NCBI GenBank assembly: GCA_963833985.1 | Contig: CAWIAD010000001.1 | Location: forward strand, 3,296,001-3,360,000 | DNA from: an uncultured Planctomycetaceae bacterium | Lineage (GTDB): Bacteria; Planctomycetota; Planctomycetia; Isosphaerales; Isosphaeraceae | DNA length: 64,000 nt | Direction: 5' to 3' | Shown: piece by piece, positions 61,755-64,000 of the stretch | Position numbering within the stretch: position 1 is the stretch's first letter | Layout: each line of letters opens with the position of its first letter | Notes under the pieces: generated by a model | The model's input: the letters and a program-made list of their open reading frames with translations, nothing else | What the model was told of the DNA's origin: nothing | Databases searched by the model: none | Program-made: the position numbers and the translations under genes

Positions 61755-63365
61755 ATGCCGCAGGTTCCCAAGAGGGCGTACCTCGCCGTTTCTCTGGCTC
61801 TGGCGGTGCTCGCTTACGTCGGCTGCACGAACTCGTCACCGCCGGCCGGGGCACGCGCGCCTGCCAGTTCGGGCTCGAACCCGGCGGCACCCACTGCGGG
61901 TAAGGCCAGCGCCCACGCGGGGAAGCTGCTGGCTGACTGGTCTACACCGCGGGGCGTACTGATCATCTCGGGGCAGATGGACGGGTACCTGGAACCCTGC
62001 GGCTGCACGCAGGGACAGCAGGGCGGTCTCATTCGACGGTACGATTTCGTGGAACGGCTGAAGGCCCAGAAGTGGCCCGTGGCGCTGGTGGACCTGGGTA
62101 GCCTGATCAAGGATCCCGCGGCCGCGCGGGGCGGGTTCGAGCAGGCCAAGATCAAGTTCGCCACCGCGCTGAAGGCGTTCAGCACGCTCAAATATGACGC
62201 GATTGCATTGAGCGCGGAGGACCTCAAGGTCGGGATCGGCGAGGCGTTCGCCCAGTTCCTCAACGGCCTGGGCGATACGACGAAGATCCTCACGGCCAAC
62301 GTTCAGGCGGCTCCCGGGTTCGAGTCGCGGATCCAGGCCAGCCAGATCATCTCGGCGGGCGATGTGAAGCTAGGGGTGACGGCGGTCACCGATCCCGAGG
62401 CGATCGCGAAGCTGAACGATCCCGACAAGGCCGAACTGCTACCGGTCGTCAAGCGTCCCGACGAGGTGCTAAGCCCGATCCTCGCCGATCTGGAGGGCAA
62501 GAGCGAGTACCAGGTGCTGCTGGTGCAGGGTCCGCCCGAGCTGGCCCGGCGCCTGGCCACGGCCTACCCGGGGTTCGATGTGGTGGTGTCGACGTCCCAG
62601 TTCGCCGACCCGCTGGACCGCGAACCGCTCTCGCTGAATGGCGGCAAAACCATGCTGGTGACCGTGGGCCGGCGCGGGAAGTACGTGGGAGCGATCGGGT
62701 TCTTCAGCGACGGCGACCGCAGCATGCGGTTCTATCCGGTCACCCTCGACCACAAGTACGACGGCCCGGGAACCGAGGTAAAAAAGGTAATCGAGGATGA
62801 GTACCGGGCCATGCTCAAGGGGGCGGGCGTGGTCGAGAGCTTCCCACGCCACGACTACGCCGGGGGGACGGCCGGCGCCCTGTTCGTCGGGGCGGAGACC
62901 TGCCGCCAGTGCCATCCCAACACCTTCGCGAGGTGGTCCACGACCAAGCACGCCCAGGCTTTTGCCGCCCTGGAAAAGGACGCTCGGCCTGACACCATCT
63001 ACGACGCCGAATGCATCAGTTGCCACACGACTGGCTTCGAGTACAACTCGGGCTGGAAGTCCGCGGCCGCGACACCGCACCTCAAGGGCAACCAGTGCGA
63101 GAACTGCCACGGGCCGGGGTCCAAGCATGTCTCTGCCCCCGATAACCTGGCGTTTCGCGCTCCGCTCAAGCTCTCGGCCGAGGTGGCGAACAAGAACGGG
63201 CTGTGCACCCACTGCCACGATGAGGACAACGCGCCGAAGTTCGAATTCGTCAAGGACTGGAGCCAGATCGTCCACAAGGGTCTGGACGATTACAAGGACC
63301 CCAAGGTGCACCAGGGCATCGCGGCCCGGGTGGCGCGGTCGGCGGCATCGAGCGCCGAGAAATGA
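61755..63365 (+). CDS. Lipoprotein with a UshA/5'-nucleotidase-like domain fused to a tetraheme cytochrome c (c554-like)
   Basis: Lipobox YVGC; GYLEPCGC..QGGL.RR, VDLG, ANV; four CxxCH motifs: CRQCH, CISCH, CENCH, CTHCH. Confidence 0.9.
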   Translation: MPQVPKRAYLAVSLALAVLAYVGCTNSSPPAGARAPASSGSNPAAPTAGKASAHAGKLLADWSTPRGVLIISGQMDGYLEPCGCTQGQQGGLIRRYDFVERLKAQKWPVALVDLGSLIKDPAAARGGFEQAKIKFATALKAFSTLKYDAIALSAEDLKVGIGEAFAQFLNGLGDTTKILTANVQAAPGFESRIQASQIISAGDVKLGVTAVTDPEAIAKLNDPDKAELLPVVKRPDEVLSPILADLEGKSEYQVLLVQGPPELARRLATAYPGFDVVVSTSQFADPLDREPLSLNGGKTMLVTVGRRGKYVGAIGFFSDGDRSMRFYPVTLDHKYDGPGTEVKKVIEDEYRAMLKGAGVVESFPRHDYAGGTAGALFVGAETCRQCHPNTFARWSTTKHAQAFAALEKDARPDTIYDAECISCHTTGFEYNSGWKSAAATPHLKGNQCENCHGPGSKHVSAPDNLAFRAPLKLSAEVANKNGLCTHCHDEDNAPKFEFVKDWSQIVHKGLDDYKDPKVHQGIAARVARSAASSAEK

Positions 63366-63393
63366 ATCTCCGACCCGAAAAGGAATTCCGCTC

Positions 63394-63756
63394 GTGAGCA
63401 ACCTGGAATCGCCGGCCGGTCCGATCCTCGAGGTCAGCGAAGGCTCCGCATTCGACCGGCTGGTCGCCCGCTACCGCGAGGACCATCGCAACCCGGTCAA
63501 CCACGTTTTGCATGTGGGTGTCGGCTGGCCCATCATGGCTCTGGCCGTACTGCTCGTGCCGTTTCGCCCGCCCTGGTCGCTCGGCCTGTTCGTGCTCTCG
63601 TACGCGATCATGTGGTTTGGCCATTTCGTCTTCGAGCGCAACCTGCCCACCGTGTTCCGGCATCCCACCACCCCGTTCGTCATCGCCTGGGCCGTGATCC
63701 GCAACCTTTGCCGGCGGGTGCTGGGCCACAAACGGAGGAACGAACGGGGGGAGTGA
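63394..63756 (+). CDS. DUF962/Mpo1-like small membrane protein
   Basis: YREDHRNPVNHVLH and WFGHFVFERNLP..F.HP; GTG start at 63394. Confidence 0.85.
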   Translation: MSNLESPAGPILEVSEGSAFDRLVARYREDHRNPVNHVLHVGVGWPIMALAVLLVPFRPPWSLGLFVLSYAIMWFGHFVFERNLPTVFRHPTTPFVIAWAVIRNLCRRVLGHKRRNERGE

Positions 63757-63865
63757 ACCAGTAAAGAATGGCGGAAGACGGGAGTGTGAACCACAAAGGA
63801 CACGAAGAGCACCAAGGGATGCAAGAAAGAATGATCGAGAAGGAGAGAAGGGGCGAGGGAGGAGC

Positions 63866-64000
63866 ATGAACTGGGAACCGATCGGGGAGGGCGATGAGGC
63901 ACTCGGTCATCGGGTGATCGGTGCGGCAATCGAGGTTCACCGGGTGCTGGGTCAGGGATTTCTCGAGTCGATCTATCACAAGGCGATGGAGTACGAGTTG
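63866..64000 (+). CDS. GxxExxY protein (PD-(D/E)xK-like), 3' partial
   Basis: MNWEPIGEGDEALGHRVIGAAIEVHRVLGQGFLESIYHKAMEYEL, with a GGAGGAG RBS. Confidence 0.92.
   Translation, partial: MNWEPIGEGDEALGHRVIGAAIEVHRVLGQGFLESIYHKAMEYEL

Overview
GC-rich bacterial DNA, very probably from a planctomycete (Isosphaeraceae-like). The evidence is a DUF1559 prepilin/H-X9-DG protein, LE(D/G)(R/K)xLLS extracellular proteins, a TIGR03067 protein, an ECF sigma/Ser-Thr kinase pair and a GxxExxY gene. Housekeeping genes (dnaE, nuoL, nuoM, psuG, dinB, HtrA, YpfJ, inositol monophosphatase, MazEF, a multiheme cytochrome) are mixed with accessory genes. The standout is a co-oriented operon at about 30.1-34.9 kb. 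It encodes a SonA-like split-borosin RiPP precursor (helical binding domain plus a 'QVVVSH' core), an OphMA/SonM-type backbone N-methyltransferase, a secreted Kelch-like beta-propeller, and a VioB/RebD/StaD-like protein that lacks the C-terminal ferritin-like domain and has no tryptophan oxidase partner in the window. A translationally coupled ECF sigma/Ser-Thr kinase pair converges on it. About nine otherwise intact genes carry frameshifts, which suggests uncorrected long-read indels rather than real pseudogenes. I found no rRNA, tRNA, CRISPR array or transposase. All family assignments come from motif recognition by eye; no searches were run.
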